Source of the DNA: Eledone cirrhosa
Lineage: Eukaryota
Assembly: GCA_964016885.1 (NCBI GenBank)
Contig: OZ024741.1
Coordinates: forward strand, 150,660,001-150,724,000
Length of the DNA stretch: 64,000 bases
Direction: 5' to 3'
Below, one piece after another: positions 8,957 through 21,700 of the stretch. The position numbers were made by a program, and so were the translations under genes. Within the stretch, counting starts at the first letter, position 1. Each line of letters begins with the position of its first letter. The notes beneath the pieces are model-generated. The model was not told where the DNA came from, ran no database searches, and was given only the letters and a program-made list of their open reading frames with translations.

Positions 8957-11900
8957 ATGGATGTGTTAAGAGTAGGATGTTTGAATGCACGTGGCCTGGG
9001 CTCAACTTGGAAGCAAGCAAAGCTTCTAAATGACCTCAGGTCATGTAGTATAAATGTAATGGTTATCTGTGAGACTCGAATCAGCGTCATGCGGCAGCTG
9101 GCCCCCACCTTCGATGACTTTGAGGTGCATGCATCTCTCTGTCAACCTGGAGGTGGGGGTGGGGTTGTCGTGCTGCTGCAAAAACACCTGGGTCTTGCCG
9201 TACAGGTTGTGCACTCGGACCCGGAGGGTCGTTTGTTGGTGCTAGACGTTGGCAGTAGTGAAAGTGCGGCCTTGAGACTGGTCGCCGTCTACTCCCCTTT
9301 CGGAGCTGAACGGCCCGACTTCTTCCAGCGTTTGGAGACTTTTCTGGGAACGTCGCGTTCCCTGCTTCTAGCGGGGGATTGGAATGACATCCTAGATGCA
9401 CGTTGGGACTATGCAGGAGCATGTCCTAATAGAGGGGGGTGTAACAGCCTCAAGGGGTTACTCGACCGTTTTAACTTGGTCGATAGATATCGACTAGATT
9501 TTCCAACTGTGCCTACCTGGACTTGGAGAAACCACAGTGGTCAATCTAGATCGTACTTAGATAGATTCTTAGTTAGAAGTAAGGATAGGGACATATTAAG
9601 CTGTCCAGAAATGCGCACGGTTGGCTACACGGATCACAAATTAGTGACCTGCGTGGTCAATCTCGAGAAAACACATAGACAGGGTCCCGGTTACTGGAAA
9701 CTTAATTTGTCTTTACCGGCAAAAGAGACTTACAGAAACCGGATTAGCAGATTAGTTAAGGAGAGGTTGACGGGTGCAATCGTCAACAACCGATGGTGGG
9801 CATCTCTCAAAAGAGAGATTAGAACAGAATCAATAAGCTATAGCAAGATGTTAGCTGCCAATAGGAATAGAAACGAGAAAGAATTAACAGGTAAATTAGA
9901 AGAGGCAATCAAGAGCGAAGATGTGGCCAGAGTGCTGGCATCGAGGACGGCCTTGAACCAGTTTTTCGATGCAAAGCATGAAGGCTGCGTCATTCGAAGT
10001 AAAATACGTGCTCTAGGTAATGAGGGGGCCAAAGCCGTTGGATGGGCCCGCGTGACAGAAGCTAAAAGTGGAAATCGATCCACCATCCGGTCGTTGCAAG
10101 ACGAAGATGGACGAGTGATCCGGGAGCCTAAGCAGATGTGCGAGGCCTTTCAAAAGCACTTTGCCCGATTGTTCGGGGGAGGCGAGGGTCCGGGCCGGGG
10201 CGTGAATTTCGGTCCATACCTCGACGGCCTGCCGCGTCTCTCGAACAAAGAGGCGGAGTCCTGCGAGGGACCAATCTCGGCTGATGAGATCGGAGATGCG
10301 CTGAGCCAATGCAGCAGACGCAAATCTCCAGGTCTCGATGGTATACCTTACGAACTTTATTTAGCAATGCCGGTCTTCTTCTCCGAACTCCTCGAAGCGG
10401 TCTACTGCAATTGGCAGCAGAACGGGAGAATTCCTTGTTCTGTAGCCAAGGGCGTAGTCACGCTGGTGAGGAAGGACGAGAACAAGGGGGATAGTATAAA
10501 TAATTTTCGGCCCATAACCCTGCTAAACACAGAGTTAAAGATTTTGGCCAAGGTGTTAGCAAAGAGGTTGGCGCTTGTCGTGGGTGGCCTGGTGGGAGAT
10601 GCGCAGACATGTGCTATCCCATCCAGGTCCATTCACGATAACCTCCACCTCATGCGATACATCATAGAGAGGGTTGGCAACAAACCCGGCTTCGGTGGGG
10701 CCCTGATCAACTTGGATCAGTCTAAGGCCTTCGATAGGGTCGACCATGGTTACCTGGATGCGGTGCTAGCGGCGGCTGGGTTCGGTCCTGTTTTCAGAGG
10801 CTGGATCACTGCCCTACATAGCAACCACATCTGTTCTAGGATCAAGGTGAACGGCTACCTTTCGAAGCCGTTCGAAATCACACGATCCATTCGACAGGGG
10901 TGCCCTCTCTCCTCCCTTCTGTACGTATTGACTCTCGAGCCTTTACTGAGGAAGTTGGAGTTGTTGCAGGGTATCCCCCTGGAACCAGGATTGAGCAAAG
11001 CGGTGTCGGCCTACGCCGATGACGTAACAGTAATGGTATCAACCGACTCGGAGATCGAGGCGATCGGTACCTTACTGGAGGAGTACGAAAGGTTGTCAGG
11101 AGCGAAACTGAACCGGGAAAAATCCATCGGGCTGCAACTCGGAACGTGGAGAGGCAGACCGATGCCTCCCGATGGTGTCGTCGGACACTGGACGGAGGGC
11201 CCGGTAAAGTTGCTTGGGGTCTGGTTTGGACCGGACCTCCAGGTGGAAAAGAACTGGAACGAGGTTACGAACAAGGTGTTTGCACTAACCCAGAAATGGG
11301 CCAAGTGTAAGCTGTCCCTAAAAGGCCGGGCGGAGGTGGCGAACATTTACATAGCGTCCGTCACTTACTACCGCCTGACTGTCGTGCCTTGCCCTAAGGA
11401 AACACTCACCACCATGGAACGCATGCTCTTCCAATTTCTTTGGAAGAAGCGTCCTCCTATGGTGAGAAGATCCATCTGCTGCCAACAACCTTCGAAAGGA
11501 GGGCTGGGGATGCCGTGGTTGATGATGCGTAGGCACGCATTAAGGCTACGGCACCTACAGGTATTCCTCACTGGTCAACCGGTGTGGGCTCCGTTCGTGA
11601 AACGAGCCTTTCCGAGACTCGTCTCACTCACCGAGCTACAGTCCTGGGTCAAGCAAAGATCCGGAAAACTGGGAGACTGGCACACTGAGTGTGCTCAGGC
11701 GCTCAGGGCTCTCTGGCAAGCGGGCCGGGCCATCGGTGGAGAATCCACCTCATCATTCTATAGAGGGCTGGTGGCTAGCAGGGGCGATGACACCCTTGGA
11801 GAGTCGCTGGACATGGAAGAAGACGAACTGGCCAGCCTGTTCGGTAGGACTTTCGGCCCAGGACCAATGGACAACTTCCAGAAGTCACTGGCCTGGCAGT

Positions 11901-12394
11901 GCTACCGAGGGGCTCTACCCGTTCGAGAGAGGCTCTACAGACACGGGCGCCCGGGCAGGGATCCCTCAAAAAAGATTTGCCCTAGATGCGTGCGTCACGA
12001 AGAAACCGTGGCGCACGCATTGGTGCAATGTCCGGGCGTGGCTGATCTGTGGGGCTACGCCGAACAACTGCTGTCGCGGGTGGCGCCGATTAAATTGACA
12101 GCCGAGTCCGTGATGACAATCAAACCGCCTCCCCTCTTCACAAAGGAAGCAAAGGCGGTTTTTCTGTGCGTAATAGCCATGTTGAAAGAGGTTGTTTGGT
12201 GGACACGATTGAAAGGTCTGAGGTCAGGCAACTTCCTCTCTGGCCATAGTCTGGTCTACTTCTTCCGATATCACTTCGGAAGAAGGATAAGAATGGAGAG
12301 AGAGGTGCTTGGCCACAGGCAGTTTTATGAAAGGTGGGTGATAGTGGCGAGAATGGCTCGTGTAAATGGGCCTTCTCTGTATACCATCCTGTAG
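8957..12394 (+). CDS. Retrotransposon ORF2p: APE endonuclease, reverse transcriptase and C-terminal zinc finger, 1145 aa
   Basis: APE motifs LNARGL, ICETR, AVYSP, AGDWN, TW, YLDRF, TDH. RT motifs KSPGLDG, FRPITLLN, DQSKAFDRVDH, RQGCPLS, YADD. C-terminal CPRC-X8-H-X4-C. GPGYWKLN and GGLG motifs are typical of L1/Tx1. Confidence 0.97.
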   Translation: MDVLRVGCLNARGLGSTWKQAKLLNDLRSCSINVMVICETRISVMRQLAPTFDDFEVHASLCQPGGGGGVVVLLQKHLGLAVQVVHSDPEGRLLVLDVGSSESAALRLVAVYSPFGAERPDFFQRLETFLGTSRSLLLAGDWNDILDARWDYAGACPNRGGCNSLKGLLDRFNLVDRYRLDFPTVPTWTWRNHSGQSRSYLDRFLVRSKDRDILSCPEMRTVGYTDHKLVTCVVNLEKTHRQGPGYWKLNLSLPAKETYRNRISRLVKERLTGAIVNNRWWASLKREIRTESISYSKMLAANRNRNEKELTGKLEEAIKSEDVARVLASRTALNQFFDAKHEGCVIRSKIRALGNEGAKAVGWARVTEAKSGNRSTIRSLQDEDGRVIREPKQMCEAFQKHFARLFGGGEGPGRGVNFGPYLDGLPRLSNKEAESCEGPISADEIGDALSQCSRRKSPGLDGIPYELYLAMPVFFSELLEAVYCNWQQNGRIPCSVAKGVVTLVRKDENKGDSINNFRPITLLNTELKILAKVLAKRLALVVGGLVGDAQTCAIPSRSIHDNLHLMRYIIERVGNKPGFGGALINLDQSKAFDRVDHGYLDAVLAAAGFGPVFRGWITALHSNHICSRIKVNGYLSKPFEITRSIRQGCPLSSLLYVLTLEPLLRKLELLQGIPLEPGLSKAVSAYADDVTVMVSTDSEIEAIGTLLEEYERLSGAKLNREKSIGLQLGTWRGRPMPPDGVVGHWTEGPVKLLGVWFGPDLQVEKNWNEVTNKVFALTQKWAKCKLSLKGRAEVANIYIASVTYYRLTVVPCPKETLTTMERMLFQFLWKKRPPMVRRSICCQQPSKGGLGMPWLMMRRHALRLRHLQVFLTGQPVWAPFVKRAFPRLVSLTELQSWVKQRSGKLGDWHTECAQALRALWQAGRAIGGESTSSFYRGLVASRGDDTLGESLDMEEDELASLFGRTFGPGPMDNFQKSLAWQCYRGALPVRERLYRHGRPGRDPSKKICPRCVRHEETVAHALVQCPGVADLWGYAEQLLSRVAPIKLTAESVMTIKPPPLFTKEAKAVFLCVIAMLKEVVWWTRLKGLRSGNFLSGHSLVYFFRYHFGRRIRMEREVLGHRQFYERWVIVARMARVNGPSLYTIL

Positions 12395-12412
12395 GTAAAG
12401 AAGTAAAGGAGA

Positions 12413-12477
12413 GGGGAGCACCTTCTCCATGTGCTCCCCGGGCAAAGGATTGCACACTTTTTCGGGGGTGTGTGCAA
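12413..12477 (+). other. Two tandem stem-loops in the retrotransposon 3' UTR
   Basis: ggggagcac/gtgctcccc (12413-12439, 9 bp) and ttgcacac/gtgtgcaa (12450-12477, 8 bp plus interior G-U pairs). Confidence 0.7.
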
Positions 12478-12608
12478 CCCCCATCACGTCCCCTCCCTTT
12501 TGAGGTTATTTTCGATTATTTTCATGTTACACCCTTTTTACTCGATTATATGTAAACTCCCCCTTTGTATTTGTCCCTTCTTTTTATGCCTTTATGGTAA
12601 ATAAAGAA

Positions 12609-12637
12609 ATCTATCTATTTCTCTCTCTCTCTCTCTC

Positions 12638-12709
<72 letters not shown>

Positions 12710-12740
12710 GAGAGAGAGAGATTATATATATATATATCTT
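12609..12740. repeat. Right TSD (12609-12630) running into a (TC)n-(TA)n-(GA)n microsatellite
   Basis: Direct observation. Confidence 0.93.
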
Positions 12741-13899
12741 TATCGAGCCGTCTTCGGATTTTAGTCTTCACATTTATTATTACTATATATATATATACAC
12801 ACAAGTATGAATGTAGGGAAAGTGTATATGTTTGTATGTATGCATATGTGTATATACGGATGGATATGCATGTTTGTATGTATTTATGTATGTGAGTGTG
12901 TATGTATTATGTGCGTACGTATGTATGTTTTTATGAATGTCTGTATTATGTATGTATATATGTATGTATACTAATTTGGTTCTTAAGGCGTATATAATTT
13001 TCATCAGTCCCTCTCCCTGTCGCTTCCCTCTCAGTCTCTATCTTTCTCCTCTTCTGTACATCTCTCTTCTTTCCTCTGTATATCTCTCTCTTCTGTATGT
13101 ATCTCCCCCTCCCCTCTCTCTCTTTCTATTATTCTTCCCTAGAAGTAGACCATTTTTTGGTTAAGCTAAAGGAATCAGGAGAATTAAAAGATAAGACGAT
13201 AGGAAATGTATTTATATGTTTCTAAGATAATTATGAAGTTTTATATTCCGTCTCATTACTCATGAGGATCCCACTCAATGATATCGTCTCGAGTGGAGGG
13301 AGCATCTTTCCTCTGATAACGATGTTTCATTCTAGAACTAGCTAAAAACCAATACAGTTAGATTTTCTATTCCGTCGAGAATCTTCTTCAATATCACAAA
13401 TATTTCATTAAACCTTTCATAAAAGCATACTTAGATATGCTTTATGAAATTTTGATAAAAAAAGAAAATGTTGTTGTTGATGGTAATAATCTATATTGTA
13501 ATATCTGTACAACATTTTTTTGTCCGTCTGTCAAAAACATTTAAAGCTTTTAAGTAAGAATTCATGGACCACAATTGACAAAAGACATTAACAAATTGGG
13601 GGGATGAAGGCTAATGTTCTAAACCGCTTTCATTCATGTAACATTCAGCGTTCTCTGCCAATAATGTTGTCTACCCCCTCTCTCCCCTCTCTCTCTTCCT
13701 CTCCCTCTTTCTCTTTCTCCCTCTCTCTCCCAATATATAAACATCTTTTATATTAGCTTCTTTTGCTCCAAAAGGAACATTGGGCGACTTTCGTTGTTTC
13801 TGGAGATAAGGTTCCTAACCTCGGGCTCCACTTCTCTACCTTTTCAATTTGAATATTAATATAATATAAGAAAACAATGAGGAAAAAACAAAGACACCT

Positions 13900-13905
<6 letters not shown>

Positions 13906-13986
<81 letters not shown>
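13906..13986. repeat. (CA)n microsatellite
   Basis: Direct observation. Confidence 0.97.
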
Positions 13987-13997
<11 letters not shown>

Positions 13998-14767
13998 GTG
14001 TGTGTGTCTATATGTATGCATGTGTGTGCGACGTGTGGTGTGTTGTGGGTGTGCATCGATATTTATATACATACACATTATGAATCCTTCAACGAAATTA
14101 CAATAATATAACGAAATTTCTCGTTAAGTTGGGGGTTTGGAACATAACTCAAGGAAAGTTTCGTAGAAAAATTATTCTGGAAGGTTTAAATTTAAACAAA
14201 CATTTTCATACAAATATTTTTTTCATCATAGAACCAGGGGCAGTTTCAGATGGGGGTTGGTATGAAAAGTGTTTGGCTATACGACTGTATGAAGCTGTAT
14301 GTAATATATATATGTCAGGTTGACATGTTAGTAATACAAATGTCTACGTGAATACCAATGTAGTACCATGATTCCAGTACCTCAAGGAATCTAGGATTCC
14401 ACTCAAACCATTAGAAACTTGTAAAAAACAACTTCAAAGAAAGATCTTTGATGGAATATTTGAAAACTTTCGCCACTTATTCTGATTATCTTCCAAGCCA
14501 TACTCTCTTGATAATCTCCATGTTTGCCATCATTAAAGAAACTTCCATTATAGAAAAAGGTCTTTGTCTTCTTTATTTTTCTATCTCTGCCCCTTGCTCT
14601 CTTTCTATTACTCTTTCCTTTTCTATCACTCCTTCTCGTTTCCTATCACTCTTTCTCTTTCTCTACTACGCATACTCTTACTACCACTCTTTCTCCCTCC
14701 ATCACTCTCTACTTTCTTTCTCTATTCCTTTTCTTTTTCATATTTTCAGCTCTTCTTTCTATCTTTT

Positions 14768-15481
<714 letters not shown>

Positions 15482-15762
15482 ACAATCACAACCTCATTGC
15501 ATATTGATTCAAAATCAATTTATATATTTATTTCTTCATTTATTTACCTATCTATTTCAATTTATTCTGTGAACTCTTCCATTCCAAACTAAATAGACTT
15601 GTCTATAGAAATCAGTTTCTACGTTTCACAGAGAGCTCTCTCTCTCTCAACAACATTCTCTTTACCACTTTCTCTATATTACTCTCTCTATATGAACCTC
15701 TCTATATCACTCTCTCTATATGAATCTATCTATAATAATAATTCTATATGACTATATTATTC

Positions 15763-18700
15763 TCTCTACACCACACTCTCTATACCTCCCTCTATACCAC
15801 TCTCTATACCTCCCTCTACACTACACTCTATACCTCCCTCTATACCACTCTCTATACTTCCCTCTACACCACTCTCTATACCTCCCTCTACACCACTCTA
15901 TCTATAGCTCCCTCTACACCACTCTCTATACCTCCCTCTACACCACTCTCTATACCTCGAACTACAGCACTCTCTCTATACCTCCCTCTACACCACTCTC
16001 TCTATACCTCCCTCTATACCACTCTCTATACCTCCCTCTACACCACTCTCTATACCTCCCTCTACACCATTCTCTCTATACCTCCCTCTATACCACTCTC
16101 TCTATACCTCCCTTAAACCACTCTCTCTATACCCCCCTCTATACCACTCTCTATACCTCCCTCTACACCACTCTCTCTATACCTCCCTCTACACCACTCT
16201 CTCTATACCACCCTCTATACCACTCTCTATACCTCCCCCTACACCACTCTCTACACCTCCCTCTACACCACTCCATACCTCCCTCTACACCACTCTCTAT
16301 ACCTACCTCTACACCACTCTCTCTATAGCACCCTCTATACAACTCTCTATACCTCCCTCTATACCACTCGCTATACCTCCCTTTACACCACACTCTATAC
16401 CACCCTCTCCACCACTCTCTCTATACCTCCCTGTACACCTCTCTCTCTATACCTCCCTCTACACCACTCTCTCTATACCTCCCTCTACACCACACTCTCT
16501 ATACGTCACTATACACCACTCTCTAAACCCCCCTCTACACCACTCTCTCTATACCTCCCTCTACACGACTCTCTATACCTCCCTCTACACCACTCTCTCT
16601 ATACCTCCCTCTACACCACTCTCTATACCTCCCTCTATACCACTCTCTCTATAGCTCCCTCTATACCACTCTCTATACCTCCCTCTACACCACTCTCTCT
16701 ATACCTCCCTCTACACCACTCTCTCTATACCACCCTCTACACAACTCTCTATACCTCACTCTACACCACTCTCTCTATACCACACTCTACACCACTCTCT
16801 ATACCTCCCTCTACACCACTCTATACCTCCCTCCACGCCACTCTCTCTATACCACCCTCTATACACCTCTCTCTATACCTCCCTCTATACCACTCTCTAT
16901 ACCTCCCTCTATACCACTCTCTATACCTCCCTCTACACCACTCTCTATATACCTCCCTTAAACCACTCTCTATACCTCCTTCTACACCACTCTTTATACC
17001 TCCCTCTACACCACTTTCTCTATGCCTCCCTCTACACCACTCTCTATACCTCCCTCTATACCACTCTCTATACCTCCCTCTACACCACTCTCTCTATACC
17101 TCCCTCTACACCACACTCTCTATACTTCCCTCTATACCACTCTCTATACCTCCCTCTACACCACTCTCTCTATACCACCCTCTACACTACTCTCTATACC
17201 TCCCTCTATACCACTCTCTATATCAGCCTCTATACCACTCTCTATACCTCCCTCTATACCACTCTCTATACCTCCCTCTATACCACTCTCTCTATACCTC
17301 CCTCTATACCACTCTCTATACCTCCCTCTGCACCACTCTCTCTATACCTCCCTCTACACCACGCTCTCTATACTTCCCTCTACACCACTCTCTCTATACC
17401 ACCCTCCATACCACTCTCTATACATCCCTCTACACCACTCTCTATACCACGCTCTATACCACTCTCTATACCTCCCTCTACACAATTCTCTATACCTCCC
17501 TCTATACCACTCTCTATACCTCCCTCTACACCACTCTCTCTATACCTCCCTCTGCACCACTCTCTCTATACCTCTCTCTACACCACTCTCTCTATACCTC
17601 CCTCTACACCACTCTCTCTATACCTCCCTCTACACCACTCTCTATACCTCCCTCTACACCACTCTCTTTATACCTCCCTCTACACCACTCTCTCTATACC
17701 TCCCTCTACACCACTCTCTATACCTCACTCTGCACCACTCTCTCTATACCACTCTCTATACACCTCTCTCTATACCTCCCTCTATACCACTCTCTACACC
17801 TCCTTCTACACCACTCTCTCTATACCTCCCTCTACACCACTCTCTCTATACCACCCTCTATACCACTCTCTATACCTCCCTCTACACCACTCTCTACACC
17901 TCCCTCTACACCACTTTATACCTCCCTCTACACCACTCTCTCTATACCTCCCTCTACACCAGTCTCTCTATACCACACTCTATACCACTCTCTATACCTC
18001 CCTCTATACCACTCGCTATACCTCCCTTTACACCACACTCTATACCACCCTCTCCACCACTCTCTCTATACCTCCCTGTACACCTCTCTCTCTATACCTC
18101 CCTCTACACCACTCTCTCTATACCTCCCTCTACACCACACTCTCTATACGTCCCTATACACCACTCTCTATAACCCCCTCTACACCACTCTCTCTATACC
18201 TCCCTCTACACGACTCTTTATACCTCCCTCTACACCACTCTCTATACATCCCTCTACACCACTCTCTATACCTCCCTCTATACCACTCTCTCTATACCTC
18301 CCTCTATACCACTCTCTATACCTCCCTCTACACCACTCTCTCTATACCTCACTCTACACCACTCTCTCTATACCTCCCTCTACACCATTCTCTATACCTC
18401 ACTCTACACCACTCTCTCTCTATACCACACTCTACACCACTCTCTATACCTCCCTCTACAGCACTCTATACCTCCCTTCACGCCACTCTCTCTATACCAC
18501 CCTCTATACACCTCTCTCTATACCTCCCTCTATACCACTCTCTATACCTCCCTCTATACCACTCTCTATACCTCCCTCTACACCACTCTCTATATACCTC
18601 CCTTAAACCACTCTCTATACCTACCTCTACACCACTCTCTCTATACCTCCCTCTATACCACTCTCTATACCTCCCTGTACACCACTGTCTATACCTCCCT

Positions 18701-21700
18701 CTACACCATTCTCTCTATACCTCCCTCTACACGACTCTCTCTATACCTCCCTCTACACCACTCTCTTTATACCCCCCTCTATACCTCCCTCTACACCACT
18801 CTCTATACCTCTCTCTACACTACTCTCTCTATACCTCCCTCTACACCACTCTCTATACCTCCCTCTCAACCACTCTCTCTATACCTCCCTTAAACCACTC
18901 TCTCTATACCCCTCTCTATACCACTCTCTATACCTCCCTCTACACCACTCTCTCTATACCTCCCTCTACACCACTCTCTCTCTATACCACCCTATATCCC
19001 ACTCTCTATACCTCCCTCTACACCACTCTCTACTCCTCCCTCTACACCACTCTATACCTCCCTCTACACCACTCTCTCTATACCTCCCTCTACACCACTC
19101 TCTCTATACCACCCTCTATACCACTCTCTATACCTCCCTCTATACCACTCGCTATACCTCCCTTTACACCACACTCTATAACACCCTCTCCACCACTCTC
19201 TCTATACCTCCCTGTACACCTCTCTCTCTATACCTCACTCTACATCACTCTCTCTATACCTCCCTCTACGCCACGCTCTCTATACCTCCCTCTACACCAC
19301 ACTCTCTATACGTCCCTATACACCACTCTCTATACCCCCCTCTACACCACTCCCTCTATACCTCCCTCTACACGACTCTCTATACCTCCCTAAAAAACCA
19401 CTCTCTCTATACCTCCCTCTACACCACTCTCTATACCTCCCTCTATACCACTCTCTCTATACCTCCCTCTATACCACTCTCTATACCTCCCTCTACACCA
19501 CTCTCTCTATACCTCCCTCTACACCACTCTCTCTATACCTCCCTCTACACCACTCTCTATACCTCACTCTACACCACTCTCTCTATACCACACTCTACAC
19601 CACTCTATACCTCCCTCCACGCCACTCTCTCTATACCTCCCTCTACACCACTCTCTATACCTCCCTCTATACCACTCTCTATACCTCCCTCTATACATCT
19701 CTATACCTCCCTCTACACCACTCTCTATATACCTCCCTTAAACCACTCTCTATACCTCCTTCTACACCACTCTCTATACCTCCCTCTATACCACTCTCTA
19801 TACCTCCCTCTACACCACTCTCTCTATACCTCCCTCTACACCACTCTCTCTATACCTCCCTCTACACCACACTCTCTATACCTCACTCTACAACACTCTC
19901 TCTATACCTCCCTCTACACCACTCTCTCTATACCTCCCTCTACACCACACTCTCTATACCTCACTCTACAACACTCTCTCTATACCTCCCTCTACACCAC
20001 TCTCTCTATACCTCCCTCTACACCACACTCTCTATACTTCCCTCTATACCACTCTCTATACCTCCCTCTACACCACTCTCTCTATACCACCCTCTACACT
20101 ACTCTCTATACCTCCCTCTATACCACTCTCTATATCAGCCTCTATACCACTCTCTATACCTCCCTCCATACCACTCTCTATACCTCCCTCTACACCACTC
20201 TCTCTATACCACCCTCTATACCACTCTCTATACCTCCCTCTATACCACTCTCTCTATACCTCCCTCTATACCTCGCTCTATACCTCCCTCTACACCACTC
20301 TCTCTATACCTCCCTCTACACCACTCTCTCTATACCACCCTCCATACCACTCTCTATACCACCCTCTATACCACTTTCTATACCTCCCTCTACACCACTC
20401 TCTATACCTCCCTCTATACCACTCTCTATACCTCCCTCTACACCACTCTCTCTAAACCTTCCTCTGCACCACTCTCTCTATACCACCCTCTACACTACTC
20501 TCTATACCTCCCTCTATACCACTCTCTATATCGGCCTCTATACCACTCTCTATACCTCCCTCTATAGCACTCTCTATATCTCCCTCTACACCACTCTCTC
20601 TATACCACCCTCTATACCACTCTCTATACCTCCCTCTACACCACTCTCTCTATACCTCCCTCTACACCACTCTCTCTCTATACCACCCTCACCACCACTC
20701 TCTCTATACCTCCCTGTACACCTCTCTCTCTATACCTCCCTCTAAACCACTCTCTATACCTCACTCTACACCACTCTCTGTATACCTCCCTCTATACCAC
20801 TCTCTATACCTCCCTCTACACCACTCTCTCTATACCTCCCTCTACACCACTCTCTCTATACCACCCTCCATACCACTCTCTATACCACCCTCTATACCAC
20901 TTTCTATACCTCCCTCTACACCACTCTCTATACCTCCCTCTATACCACTCTCTATACCTCCCTCTACACCACTCTCTCTAAACCTTCCTCTGCACCACTC
21001 TCTCTATACCTCCCTCTACACCACTCTCTTTATACCTCCCTTTACACCACTCTCTATACCACCCTCTACACCACTCTCTCTATACCTCCCTCTACACCAC
21101 TCTCTCTATACCTCGCTCTACACCACTCTCTATACCTCCCTCTACACCACTCTCTCTATACCTCCCTGTACACCACTCTCTCTATACCTCCCTCTACACC
21201 ACTCTCTCTATACCACACTCTACACCACTCTCTATACCTCCCTCTACACCACTCTATACCTCCCTCCACGCCACTCACTCTATACCACCCTCTATACACC
21301 TCTCTCTATACCTCCCTCTATACCACTCTCTATACCTCCCTCTATACCACTCTTTATACCTCCCTCTACACCACTCTCTCTATACCTCCCTTAAACCACT
21401 CCCTATACCTCCTTCTACACCACTCTTTATACCTCCCTCTACACCACTTTCTCTATACCTCCCTCTACACCACTCTCTATACCTCCCTCTATACCACTCT
21501 CTATACCTCCCTCTACACCACTCTCTCTATACCTCCCTCTACACCACACTCTCTATACCTCCCTCTACAACACTCTCTCTATACCTCCCTCTACACCACT
21601 CTCTATACCTCCCTCTACACCACTCTCTCTATACCTCCCTCTACACCACTCTCTATACCTCCCTCTACACCACTCTCTCTTTACTTCCCTCTACACCACA

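Larger units (their letters stand above)
6812..12608 (+). mobile_element. Full-length L1/Tx1-type non-LTR retrotransposon (5797 bp)
   Basis: 231-bp 5' UTR, ORF1 with a CCHC knuckle, ORF2 with APE-RT-zinc finger, 3' UTR with AATAAA at 12600-12605, and a perfect 22-bp TSD (21 bp if the first A is tail). Confidence 0.95.

Noticed and set aside
6982-12555. Antisense and alternate-frame ORFs within the LINE (for example 7771-8526, 251 aa)
   Set aside because: Shadows of ORF1/ORF2 caused by biased composition; no recognisable motifs.
13415-13449. Small hairpin tttcataaaagcata / tatgctttatgaaa
   Set aside because: Short and AT-rich with a bulge; plausible by chance and lacking supporting context.
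14400-14580. Minus-strand FFYNGSFFNDGKHG as a MORN-like repeat
   Set aside because: Single imperfect motif with wrong spacing and no convincing splice context.
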